Assembly: GCA_040752695.1 (NCBI GenBank)
Contig: JBFMGO010000147.1
Location: 1 to 11,584 of the forward strand
Reading direction: 5' to 3'
DNA length: 11,584 nucleotides
From: a bacterium
GTDB lineage: Bacteria > SZUA-182 > DTGQ01
Under the pieces are notes generated by a model, which saw only the letters and a list, made by a program, of their open reading frames with translations, was not told the origin of the DNA and ran no database searches. Numbering within the stretch: position 1 is the stretch's first letter; each line of letters opens with the position of its first letter. The position numbers and the translations under genes are program-made. Positions 1 to 8,297 of the stretch are shown piece by piece.

Positions 1-1
1 C

Positions 2-418
2 CACCATCATTGGATAGGTGTCATGGCCCAGGAGGAAGGGTATTATATCGACGTGAAGATCAGTACGACAAGCTACACCTCTATTCATGGTTATCAGGAA
101 GACAGCGTTGCCTGGTTTTATGCCAAAGCTGACAATACCTACAGCTCGCCTCCAGGAATTACCGCAGAATTAGTCAAAGAGGGCACTGCTTATACGCTGG
201 AAGAGCGTTTTGGCATCTCTCTTCAGTTTAACGCCGAAAACCGTATCGGTCAGTGGCAGGATGCAGATGATAATATGCTTGTCTTTAGCTACCTGGATGC
301 TAAGCTGCAAAGCGTTCAGGATGCCTTTGGCCGCACACTTACTTTTCACTATTCAGGGGATCTGATCGATTCGGTTTCAGATTCTGCCGGACGGTCTGTA
401 TCGTATTTTCTGCCTTGA
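2..418 (+). pseudogene. RHS/YD-repeat protein fragment, open off the left edge and apparently truncated at its 3' end
   Basis: The frame is open from base 2 (HHHWIGV precedes the ATG at 23). The translation has RHS-type repeats: QWQDADDNMLVFSY, LQSVQDAFGRTLTFHY, LIDSVSDSAGRSVSY. It stops abruptly (FLP*) after about 3 repeats, with no RHS core end motif or C-terminal toxin domain. Confidence 0.7.
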
Positions 419-444
419 CTGTTCTTTATAATTCGTGGTATCTT
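415..444 (+). promoter_or_regulatory. Putative sigma70 promoter for the sspB-like/ttcA pair
   Basis: TTGACT (415-420), 18-nt spacer, TATCTT (439-444) preceded by TGn (extended -10); about 80 nt upstream of the ATG at 525. Confidence 0.45.
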
Positions 445-524
445 GGCAATAGGTAAAAAAACCAATTTTTTCATTACCTTTAGCCTTTAACAACCTTACC
501 TTTTCGGTATGGAGAAAAAAATAT

Positions 525-1001
525 ATGGAAAGGGATGATCTTCAGCTCCAGCTTAATGAACTCAAGAAACACACCTTTTACGAATTGCTCAACCTGGCTG
601 GAAGAGTATACCTGTTGGTCAAATATTCCGAAAATGTGCAGGTGGGAACCAGGGGGTTTTCCCCTGAGGAAAAAGAGCAGGGACTGGTTCTGGTACTGAA
701 TACAAAAATGCGTTTTACCTGGGATGAGCTTGGAATTTCCGTCAAGCTTGTCTTCGGAGATACACCGCAAAAGTGCTTTATTCCGTCTGACGATATCCTG
801 GCAATCTACTCTCCTGAATTGAATTCGCAGCTCATCATAGGGCCGCAGCAGGTCGTGGAGGCCAATACGACTCCGGCCAAGAGCGAAGAGGCTGCCGGCA
901 GCAGCAGTACGACCAAAGAGATTGAGGAATCTCCGTTCAAGGAGGATGACAGCCAGAAAAACAAGGTCGTCCGAGTTGATTTCCAGAAAAAACGAAAATA
1001 A
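525..1001 (+). CDS. sspB: ClpXP protease specificity-enhancing factor, SspB-like
   Basis: SspB-like core (LVLVLN..FTWDELGISVKLVFGDTPQKCFIPSDDILAIYSPE), a low-complexity acidic linker, and a C-terminal tail KVVRVDFQKKRK resembling SspB ClpX-binding tails. GGAG RBS at 511-514. Confidence 0.75.
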   Translation: MERDDLQLQLNELKKHTFYELLNLAGRVYLLVKYSENVQVGTRGFSPEEKEQGLVLVLNTKMRFTWDELGISVKLVFGDTPQKCFIPSDDILAIYSPELNSQLIIGPQQVVEANTTPAKSEEAAGSSSTTKEIEESPFKEDDSQKNKVVRVDFQKKRK

Positions 1002-1716
1002 AATTATTCGTAAAATCGGGCAGGCTATCGCCGATTTTCAACTGATTCAAGACCAGGATAATATACTGCTGGCCCTTTCAGGAGGAAAGGACAGTCTGGC
1101 CCTGCTGGAAATATTACTTCATCTTCAGAAGCGGGCACCCATAAGGTTTTCCCTGACGGCCTGCACCATCGATGAAGGATTCGGCGGGTTTGAAACCGAG
1201 CGGATTGCCGATCATTGCAACCGGAAAAAGGTGCCCTTCATCCTGAAAAAGGAAAAAATCCTGCACATCATACAGGAAAAAAACCTGTCAGGCCCTCATT
1301 TTTGTTCCTTTTGTGCCCGCCTTCGGCGTGGCACCCTGTATACACTCGCCCGACAGCAGGGATTCAATAAAATCGCTCTTGCCCATCACGCCGATGATTT
1401 CATCGAAACCCTCCTTCTGGATCTTTTCTACGCTGGATCATTATGGAAGATGCCCGTACATCTCGTATCGGAACGCCGTAAAAACACAGTCATTCGGCCT
1501 CTTGTTTACGTATATGAAGAAGAAATCAAGCGCTTTTGCGAAACCAGAAATATCATACCCATCCCGCACTTGTGCCCTTTTCACGAAGGAAGCATCTCAC
1601 GGCGTTCTCAAATGAAGCAGTGGTTGAAGGACCTGGCCCAAACCAACCCGGCTATTAAGGGGAACCTGCTGAGAGCGGTCCTTAAGGGGCAGGGAATCAC
1701 CTGCCTGTATTCTTAA
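976..1716 (+). CDS. ttcA: tRNA 2-thiocytidine(32) synthetase TtcA family protein
   Basis: PP-loop LSGGKDS, CSFCARLRRG, KIALAHHADDFIETLLL, VIRPL and a later Cys (HLCP). The start is most plausibly TTG at 976, overlapping the end of sspB; the ORF track start at 922 is probably too long. Confidence 0.88.
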   Translation: MISRKNENKIIRKIGQAIADFQLIQDQDNILLALSGGKDSLALLEILLHLQKRAPIRFSLTACTIDEGFGGFETERIADHCNRKKVPFILKKEKILHIIQEKNLSGPHFCSFCARLRRGTLYTLARQQGFNKIALAHHADDFIETLLLDLFYAGSLWKMPVHLVSERRKNTVIRPLVYVYEEEIKRFCETRNIIPIPHLCPFHEGSISRRSQMKQWLKDLAQTNPAIKGNLLRAVLKGQGITCLYS

Positions 1717-1749
1717 CCCTTGCCGATATTCTTTTACCGGCACGAAGAT

Positions 1750-3615
1750 TCAGGAATAGTTACCATTATCGATAACAGGCAGCGAGAAGTCCCGGTGCCC
1801 TTTAAACTGGCTCATATATAAGCGGCAATAAAATCCTCGGAGGGCCAGCAGATTTTGATGATTGCCCTGCTCGATAATGCGGCCTCCATTGATGACCAGT
1901 ATCTGGTCGGCATTACGGATAGTGCTTAATCGATGGGCAATTACAAAGCAGGTTCGCCCCTGCATCAACCGCAGCAAGGCCTGTTGGATATGGATTTCAG
2001 TTCGGGTGTCAACGCTGCTGGTAGCTTCGTCAAGGATAAGAATACCAGGATCGGCCAATATGGCACGGGCAATGGCCAGTAATTGTCTTTGTCCCTGGCT
2101 CAAATTGCCGCCTCTTTCTGAGAGGATGGTATGATATCCTTTAGGCAGCCGGCGAATAAATTGATCCGCATTGGCCAATTCGGCAGCGGCGATAACTTCC
2201 TGATCATTGGCGTTAAGTTTTCCATAACGGATGTTTTCCATTACCGAATCGGAGATAAGAAAGGTGTCTTGCAGTACAATTCCCAGTTGACGGCGTAAAC
2301 TTGCCTTCTGAAGATTTCTGATGTCTTGTCCGTCAATAGTGATCTTGCCGGAGTCAATATCGTAGAAACGCATGAGCAGGTTCACAATGGTGGTTTTTCC
2401 TGCCCCTGTCGGCCCGACCAGTGCAAGGGTTTGTCCCGGCTTTGCCTGCATGGTAAAGCCCTGGATCACGGGAGTATCTTTCCGGTAGCCGAACCATACC
2501 TTGTTAAAAATAACCTCTCCACGGACCTTTTGTAATAGTGGTGCATCGGGAGCATCCGCTGGTTCCGATTTTTCATCAGTAATCTCGAAAACACGTTCTG
2601 CGCCGGCCAGGGCTGATTGGACAGCGTTATAGAGATGGGCTACCTGGTTCAAGGGACGTCCGAATTGTTGTGAATAGCTTAAAAAGCTGGCAATGGTACC
2701 AATAGTGGCCAGCCCCTTGACTGCCATCCATCCACCTGCACCGGCGACAGCGGCAAAGCCGAGGTTATTAACCAGGTTCGTAAGGGGCCCCAGAATCAAA
2801 GCATAGATCTGGGCTTTGCCAGCAGCGGCCTGCAAGTTTCGGTTTAACCTTTCAAAATCCTCAAGCATATCCTGTTCGCGGCCATAGGCCTTGACTACGC
2901 GTTCTCCGGTCACGGTTTCCTCAATGAATGAATTTAAAACTCCAAGCCTCTGCTGCTGGTCACGAAATCCTTCGAGGGTATGAGTAGATATCCATCTGGT
3001 AAGAAAGACCATGAGAGGAATCGTGAAAAGGCTTACTATGGCCAATCGAAGATTCAGGCACAGCATCGTCACGGTCACTCCGATCAGTGCCAGAACACCG
3101 GCGATCAACTGAGTGACGCTTTCGTTGAGAATAACGCTGATGTTTTCAACATCATTCGAAAGACGGCTCATCAACTCCCCATGGGGATGACGGTCGATAA
3201 AGCGAAGGGGCAAGGTGTGGACTTTGGCAAAAAGATCGTTTCGTATATCCCGAACAACGCGCTGTGCCACCCCGGCCATTACAGAGGTCTGAAGCCATGT
3301 TGTCAAGGCGGTGATTACAGAGACCAAGAGCATCAAAAGCGAAATCCGAGCCAACCCTTTCAAATTGCCGATGATGAAATATTCGTCAATTGCCCTGCCC
3401 ATAAGGAAGGGGCCAAGCAAGGCAAACCCTGTAGTGGCTCCCAAAAGAAAAACTACGGCCATAAGCCGGATTTGTTGCCTTTTTAAATATACCCCCACAC
3501 GGCGCATGGCAGCGCGAGTATCTTTTGCCTTCTGACCCCGGCCGATCATTCCATGAGCGCCCGGGCCGATAGGGAAACCGAAATTCCCTTGATGACTGGA
3601 TTTATTCCACGTCAT
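1750..3615 (-). CDS. ABC exporter, fused permease/ATP-binding subunit (TM288-like, carries the catalytic Glu and His)
   Basis: N-terminal transmembrane domain; Walker A GPTGAGKT, Q-loop VLQD, non-canonical signature LSQGQ, Walker B LILDEATSSVD, switch IAHR. Overlaps the upstream partner by 4 bp (ATGA, 3612-3615). Confidence 0.95.
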   Translation of the reverse strand: MTWNKSSHQGNFGFPIGPGAHGMIGRGQKAKDTRAAMRRVGVYLKRQQIRLMAVVFLLGATTGFALLGPFLMGRAIDEYFIIGNLKGLARISLLMLLVSVITALTTWLQTSVMAGVAQRVVRDIRNDLFAKVHTLPLRFIDRHPHGELMSRLSNDVENISVILNESVTQLIAGVLALIGVTVTMLCLNLRLAIVSLFTIPLMVFLTRWISTHTLEGFRDQQQRLGVLNSFIEETVTGERVVKAYGREQDMLEDFERLNRNLQAAAGKAQIYALILGPLTNLVNNLGFAAVAGAGGWMAVKGLATIGTIASFLSYSQQFGRPLNQVAHLYNAVQSALAGAERVFEITDEKSEPADAPDAPLLQKVRGEVIFNKVWFGYRKDTPVIQGFTMQAKPGQTLALVGPTGAGKTTIVNLLMRFYDIDSGKITIDGQDIRNLQKASLRRQLGIVLQDTFLISDSVMENIRYGKLNANDQEVIAAAELANADQFIRRLPKGYHTILSERGGNLSQGQRQLLAIARAILADPGILILDEATSSVDTRTEIHIQQALLRLMQGRTCFVIAHRLSTIRNADQILVINGGRIIEQGNHQNLLALRGFYCRLYMSQFKGHRDFSLPVIDNGNYS

Positions 3616-5348
3616 ACGAAATTTGCTCCGTTCCCTAATTGGGATTCATAAATTTCGCGGTAAATGGGACTAAGGATCAGTAATTCCTGATGCGTACCTT
3701 CATTCGTAACGGTGCCGTTGTCCAGCACCAAAATTTTATCAGCCCTCAGGACAGTGCCAAGTCGTTGGGTAATGATAAAACAGGTGCACCCTTTTATGAA
3801 TTTGATCAGGGCATCGTGGATATTCGCTTCGGTCTCAATATCTACTGCACTGGTGCTGTCGTCGAGGATAAGTATGGAGGGTTTGGTAATGATGGCCCGG
3901 GCAAGGGCCAGACGCTGTTTTTGCCCGCCGGAAAGATTTATTCCCCGCTCACCAAGAACCGTATCATAGCCTGCGGGAAATTCAGTGATGAATTCATGTG
4001 CCTGAGCGGCTCTGGCCGCTTCGATTATTTCTTCTTCCGTGGCTTCGGGCCTTCCATAGCAAATATTTTCCCGAATAGTCCCGGAAAAAAGGATAGCCTC
4101 CTGAAGTGTAATGCTGATATGTTTTCGTAAGGATTCCTGTTTTATGTCACGTACATCCACTCCGTCAATCATCACACGTCCTTCGGTTGCATCATAAAAG
4201 CGTGGAAGAAGGTGAACCAGGCTTGACTTGCCTGATCCGGTTGCGCCGATAATGGCCACCGTTTGTCCGGGTTCTACAGTAAAGTTAATATCCCGCAGCC
4301 CCTGGGAATTGCCGTTATAGTTGAAGCAAACGTGTTCGAAAACGACTTTCCCGCGCGGTGAGAAGATATCTACGGCATCGGGCCGGTCGGTTACTTCCGG
4401 TTCTTTATTCAGAATTTCCATAATGCGGCCTGCCGATGCTTCCGCCCGTGATACGCGTATCAAAAGCATACTTACCATGATCAAAGAGAAAAGCATGTGC
4501 AGGATATAGTTAACAAAGGCCATGATCTGTCCTGCCTTTAAAGTTCCCTTCATTACCTGCAGGCCGCCGAACCATATCACTCCGACTATTCCCAGGTTGA
4601 GTGCCAGCATCATGAAGGGCATGACCACTGCCAGTGTCCTGACAGCCCGGATAGTCTGATCCATCAGGTTATCATTTACTTCCCCAAAACGATGTATCTC
4701 ATGATCTTTGCGCACAAAAGCCCTGATGAGGCGAATGCCGGCCAGGTTTTCCTGCATTACCGTATTGAGCCTGTCAAGGCGGCTTTGTACACCGGTGAAA
4801 AGAGGATTCGCCCGCTTAAAAGCCCAGGCCAGTACCATTACCACCAAAGGTCCCAGGATGAGAAGCAGGAAAGACAGTTTGGGACTGGTAATGACCGCCA
4901 TAAATATACTGCCCGTCAGCATCAAGGGAGCCCTTACCAGGATCCTGAGCATGATGAGTACGGATTCTTGCACCTGAGTCACATCATTCGTAAGCCGGGT
5001 TACTAATTGTCCGGTTCCCAGATCGTCCAGATTGCCGAAGGAGAGGGACTGAACCTTGCGAAAGAGCTCACGCCGAAGATCCGCACCAAACCCCTGGGAC
5101 ACCTCAACTGCAAAAACCGTATTCCCCGCGCCCCCCAAAAAACCAACCAGGGCTAATCCAACCATAAGCAATCCCGTACGGACAACTACGGCCATATGAA
5201 GCCGGGCAATTCCCACATCAACGATTCGCTGCATGAGGCGCGGCTGCACAAGGTCCATGGCCACCTCGACCAGCATCAGCAAAGGGCTTAGAAGAATCAA
5301 CTTCCAATAGGGCTGTAAGAATCTGATTAATTTTCGTAGAGAACCCAT
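3612..5348 (-). CDS. ABC exporter, fused permease/ATP-binding subunit (TM287-like, degenerate site)
   Basis: Transmembrane domain plus NBD: Walker A GATGSGKS, signature LSGGQKQR, Walker B ILILDDSTSAVD (Glu replaced by Asp), switch ITQR (His replaced by Gln). ATG 5348 sits 6 nt after AGGA (5358-5355); ATG 5354 is an alternative start. Confidence 0.95.
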   Translation of the reverse strand: MGSLRKLIRFLQPYWKLILLSPLLMLVEVAMDLVQPRLMQRIVDVGIARLHMAVVVRTGLLMVGLALVGFLGGAGNTVFAVEVSQGFGADLRRELFRKVQSLSFGNLDDLGTGQLVTRLTNDVTQVQESVLIMLRILVRAPLMLTGSIFMAVITSPKLSFLLLILGPLVVMVLAWAFKRANPLFTGVQSRLDRLNTVMQENLAGIRLIRAFVRKDHEIHRFGEVNDNLMDQTIRAVRTLAVVMPFMMLALNLGIVGVIWFGGLQVMKGTLKAGQIMAFVNYILHMLFSLIMVSMLLIRVSRAEASAGRIMEILNKEPEVTDRPDAVDIFSPRGKVVFEHVCFNYNGNSQGLRDINFTVEPGQTVAIIGATGSGKSSLVHLLPRFYDATEGRVMIDGVDVRDIKQESLRKHISITLQEAILFSGTIRENICYGRPEATEEEIIEAARAAQAHEFITEFPAGYDTVLGERGINLSGGQKQRLALARAIITKPSILILDDSTSAVDIETEANIHDALIKFIKGCTCFIITQRLGTVLRADKILVLDNGTVTNEGTHQELLILSPIYREIYESQLGNGANFV

Positions 5349-5531
5349 ATGCATTCCTGTTATTGGTCAGGCTCGTGTCTGGATTCCGCAAGGAGCCAAA
5401 AGAGTTTGGATTAACGAATAGAAGACACAGAGGAGGCTCGTCGTTGAGCGAATGACTGTCAGCTTTCAGGCATACATGCAAATACATTATACCCCTCTCG
5501 TTTATGCATGTGCCGTTTACATACGCCCTTT

Positions 5532-7682
5532 TCAGTCCTGCCGGAAAAGCAGGATATAACGCTGTGGTATGAACTGCCGTGCATCGGCCAAGTGAAATCC
5601 ATAATATTTCAGTTGAGCGATAATAAGCTCTTTTGCAATACCTGATCCGAAATAGGGTATAGTTGGAGGATGCGTAATCGCATTATCGACAATCACCAGC
5701 CTTCCTCCCTTTCTGAGCGCTTTCTTCAGGCTGGCGATAAATTCGTCCTTTACAGATTCAATTGAAGCTATGTAGACCGCATGGTACAGGGAACACAAGA
5801 AAACCGTATCCACACTGCCGGCAGGAAGGCAGGCGTAATTTAAGCGTGCCAGCACAGTTTGTATGTTCAATCCGTATTTATCACTTATTTTTCTGACATA
5901 GGCAAGGGCTTCTTTATTGACTTCAAGAGAGTATACTCTGCCTGAAATGCCTACCATCCGGGAAAACTGGAAAGAGAAGAATCCATAACCGCATCCTACG
6001 TCTGCAACTGCCTCACCCTCCTGGATATTCAGATAATCGAGCATCTTGCCGGTTTTCTCCCAACTGTCGCGATTCGGATTATTAAATACAATGTATTCGT
6101 TCCAATCATTCAATTGATCGAAACTCACTTCATTTCCGGAATATTCATAAACAACCTCATGAATCCGTTTTGCAGCGAAATCATCATCAGCGCCAGGTTC
6201 CTCCGGGTCCGGCTTAGCCAGATCATACTTTATTCTGATATACTTTTTTAACAGCGCAAAGTCATTGCATGCCAGATGATGGTAGTATTCAGCACTGAAT
6301 TTATCTCCAAGGATCTCTTTGCACTCTTCTTCCGATGACATGAGAATCCGGCAGAACCATGCAAAAGCAGTGTATTCGTCACCGATTCTCTCCTTCGGTA
6401 TCAATTCCTCATATGCCGTCAGCGCAGCTTCGGCCGCATCCCTGTCTTTTTTCCGGAGTGCATCATAAAAAAGCCTGGCTGCCCTCTTCCCCAATAATGT
6501 ATAGCCTTGTGACGAAGTACCGATCATACGGTAGCGGACTAAGGAGGATCTGGATGTGATGTTGATAGCATCAGGAGTTTTTGGATCTGCAAAAATTACC
6601 GCTCTTGAATGCCCGGCGTCTGATTCCAGCGGCAGCCTGTCCGAGGGTTTGAATTCGAGGACATAACGCTGAGGGGTAAATTGATACTGGGCAGTGAGTT
6701 TAAAGCCGTAGTGCCATAACTGGCCGATAATCAGATGCCGTGATATGTATGGCCCGTGATATGGCAAGTTATCGCCTTCGACCAGATCGTTGTCCACGAT
6801 CACAAGGCGTCCGTCCTGTTTAAGGCTGTTCTTTATACTTTTGATGAAAAGATCCCTTTCCCCGTCGGTACAGGCAGCATAAATAATATGATATAATGAA
6901 CACATATAGACAAGGTCAACTTTGATTGAAGGCTCCATGCCCAGTCCGTCCGGCTGTGATTCAATTACATCGACATTATTGATTCCGTATTTTCTGATGT
7001 AGTCTTTCAGATAGTTCAGATGGCGCTTATTTGTTTCAATGGCATAGACATGCCCGCTTTCACCCACAATATCGGCAAATTTGAATGTGAAATATCCCGG
7101 ACCGCAACCGACATCAGCCACACTGTCCCCTTTGCGAAGATTGAGAGTTCTGATATTTTCAGAGGTCTTATCCCAGCGTGTACGGTCCGGATTATTGAAA
7201 AGAATAAAATCTTCCAGAAAGCGGAGTTTCACTTTAGCTTCAGGGTCGTTTTTCTCGTTTTCTATGAAGTGGTATTTTCTCTGAAGGTATTCCTTTAAAT
7301 TAGAAAAATTATCCTTCGACAACGTATCAAACCAACTGGTAACAAGAGAATGTGAAAAAAAATGGGGCCGTTCCTCTTCCATGGTCATTAAATACTTGCA
7401 TATCCAGAGCAGAGCGGTATATTCACCGCCGAAGTTTTCATTCGGGATAATATGGTCATAAATATCAATTGCTCGTAACAAAGATATTCGCTTTCCGCTT
7501 TCCAGGTAGTCCAGGATCAGTCCGGCAGATTCCTTTCCTCCCTCTGTAATATCGAATGAGTCAAGACTTCCTATATGTACAAGGGATACTTTTGAACCGA
7601 CATGAACGGTAACTGCGCAAGCTGGATTTACAGTCCCTGCGGACATTCGGGAACTTTCACGCTTGCAGGGTGTATTTTCCAT
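5532..7682 (-). CDS. Tandem two-module class I SAM-dependent methyltransferase (each module = helical N-terminal domain + Rossmann MTase)
   Basis: Two SAM-binding motif I copies (VADVGCGPG; VADVGCGYG), each followed by VY(A/S)xE, CSLYH, GRLVIVDN and PQRY. The start is uncertain: ATG 7682 follows a GGAGG, and the longest ORF starts at 7724. Confidence 0.88.
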   Translation of the reverse strand: MENTPCKRESSRMSAGTVNPACAVTVHVGSKVSLVHIGSLDSFDITEGGKESAGLILDYLESGKRISLLRAIDIYDHIIPNENFGGEYTALLWICKYLMTMEEERPHFFSHSLVTSWFDTLSKDNFSNLKEYLQRKYHFIENEKNDPEAKVKLRFLEDFILFNNPDRTRWDKTSENIRTLNLRKGDSVADVGCGPGYFTFKFADIVGESGHVYAIETNKRHLNYLKDYIRKYGINNVDVIESQPDGLGMEPSIKVDLVYMCSLYHIIYAACTDGERDLFIKSIKNSLKQDGRLVIVDNDLVEGDNLPYHGPYISRHLIIGQLWHYGFKLTAQYQFTPQRYVLEFKPSDRLPLESDAGHSRAVIFADPKTPDAINITSRSSLVRYRMIGTSSQGYTLLGKRAARLFYDALRKKDRDAAEAALTAYEELIPKERIGDEYTAFAWFCRILMSSEEECKEILGDKFSAEYYHHLACNDFALLKKYIRIKYDLAKPDPEEPGADDDFAAKRIHEVVYEYSGNEVSFDQLNDWNEYIVFNNPNRDSWEKTGKMLDYLNIQEGEAVADVGCGYGFFSFQFSRMVGISGRVYSLEVNKEALAYVRKISDKYGLNIQTVLARLNYACLPAGSVDTVFLCSLYHAVYIASIESVKDEFIASLKKALRKGGRLVIVDNAITHPPTIPYFGSGIAKELIIAQLKYYGFHLADARQFIPQRYILLFRQD

Positions 7683-8217
7683 TCTCTTCCATTCCTCCAT
7701 TGCGGTATATATGGATACACTCATGAGTTACTTCCAACAGTGACATCCCATCAATACGGATCATATAGTCACACGATCCCGCATAATATGGCTCACGCTC
7801 TTGCATAAGCTGTTCTATTCGCTTCGGCATATTGGCTGTTCTCAGTAAGGGCCTGTCAATCATAAGCGGCTTTTCTTTTTTCAGATGATGGAGAATAGTA
7901 TTGAACGATGCTTTCAGCCAAAGCACGGTTCCTCTTTCTCTTAATAAACGCATGTTATTGAAATTCAATACAATGCCGCCCCCTGTTGAAATCACATAAT
8001 TATCAAGGCTGAAAATTTCCCTGACCATATCCGATTCCAGTTTCCTGAAATATTTTTCGCCATAATTTTCAAAAATAGCGCTTATACTCATAGAGCACCG
8101 TTTTTTTATTTCTTCATCAATGTCGATAAAATCAAGATGCAGCATTTCAGCAATCAATTTGCCGGCAGATGTCTTTCCGGTACCCATAAAACCTGTAAGT
8201 ACAATACCTTCTTTCAC
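7657..8217 (-). CDS. aroK: Shikimate kinase family protein
   Basis: Walker A GFMGTGKT, DIDEEI, IFENYGEKYFRKLE, STGGG, RPLL, REPYY. GTG start with AGAGGAG upstream. Confidence 0.9.
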   Translation of the reverse strand: MKEGIVLTGFMGTGKTSAGKLIAEMLHLDFIDIDEEIKKRCSMSISAIFENYGEKYFRKLESDMVREIFSLDNYVISTGGGIVLNFNNMRLLRERGTVLWLKASFNTILHHLKKEKPLMIDRPLLRTANMPKRIEQLMQEREPYYAGSCDYMIRIDGMSLLEVTHECIHIYRNGGMEENGKYTLQA

Positions 8218-8286
8218 TATTAAATCGATCTCCTCTAAACACTCTCAACTCCTTCTGGCTATTCGAATAGTCTAAGGGTGTATTTT
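7667..8286. repeat. 12-bp direct repeat AGGGTGTATTTT (7667-7678 and 8275-8286) bracketing aroK
   Basis: Exact match read from the sequence; both copies are followed within 1-2 nt by CATT (an ATG on the minus strand). Confidence 0.6.
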
Positions 8287-8297
8287 TTCATTATCTT

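Noticed and set aside
1717..1749. Bidirectional terminator between the convergent ttcA and ABC genes
   Set aside because: Only a 5-bp TGCCG/CGGCA stem with a long loop and no U-tract on either side.
5218..5487. 89-aa minus-strand ORF spanning the MTase-ABC gap
   Set aside because: Overlaps the ABC gene by more than 130 nt out of frame and has no recognisable features.
8147..8242. 31-aa minus-strand ORF (MFRGDRFNSERRYCTYRFYGYRKDICRQIDC) with an AAGGAG RBS, as a Cys/Tyr-rich precursor
   Set aside because: About three quarters of it overlaps the aroK Walker A region out of frame, so its sequence is dictated by aroK.
8259..8270. Perfect 12-bp palindrome CTATTCGAATAG between the radical SAM gene and aroK
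   Set aside because: Short, AT-rich and without a U-tract; not enough to call a terminator or operator.
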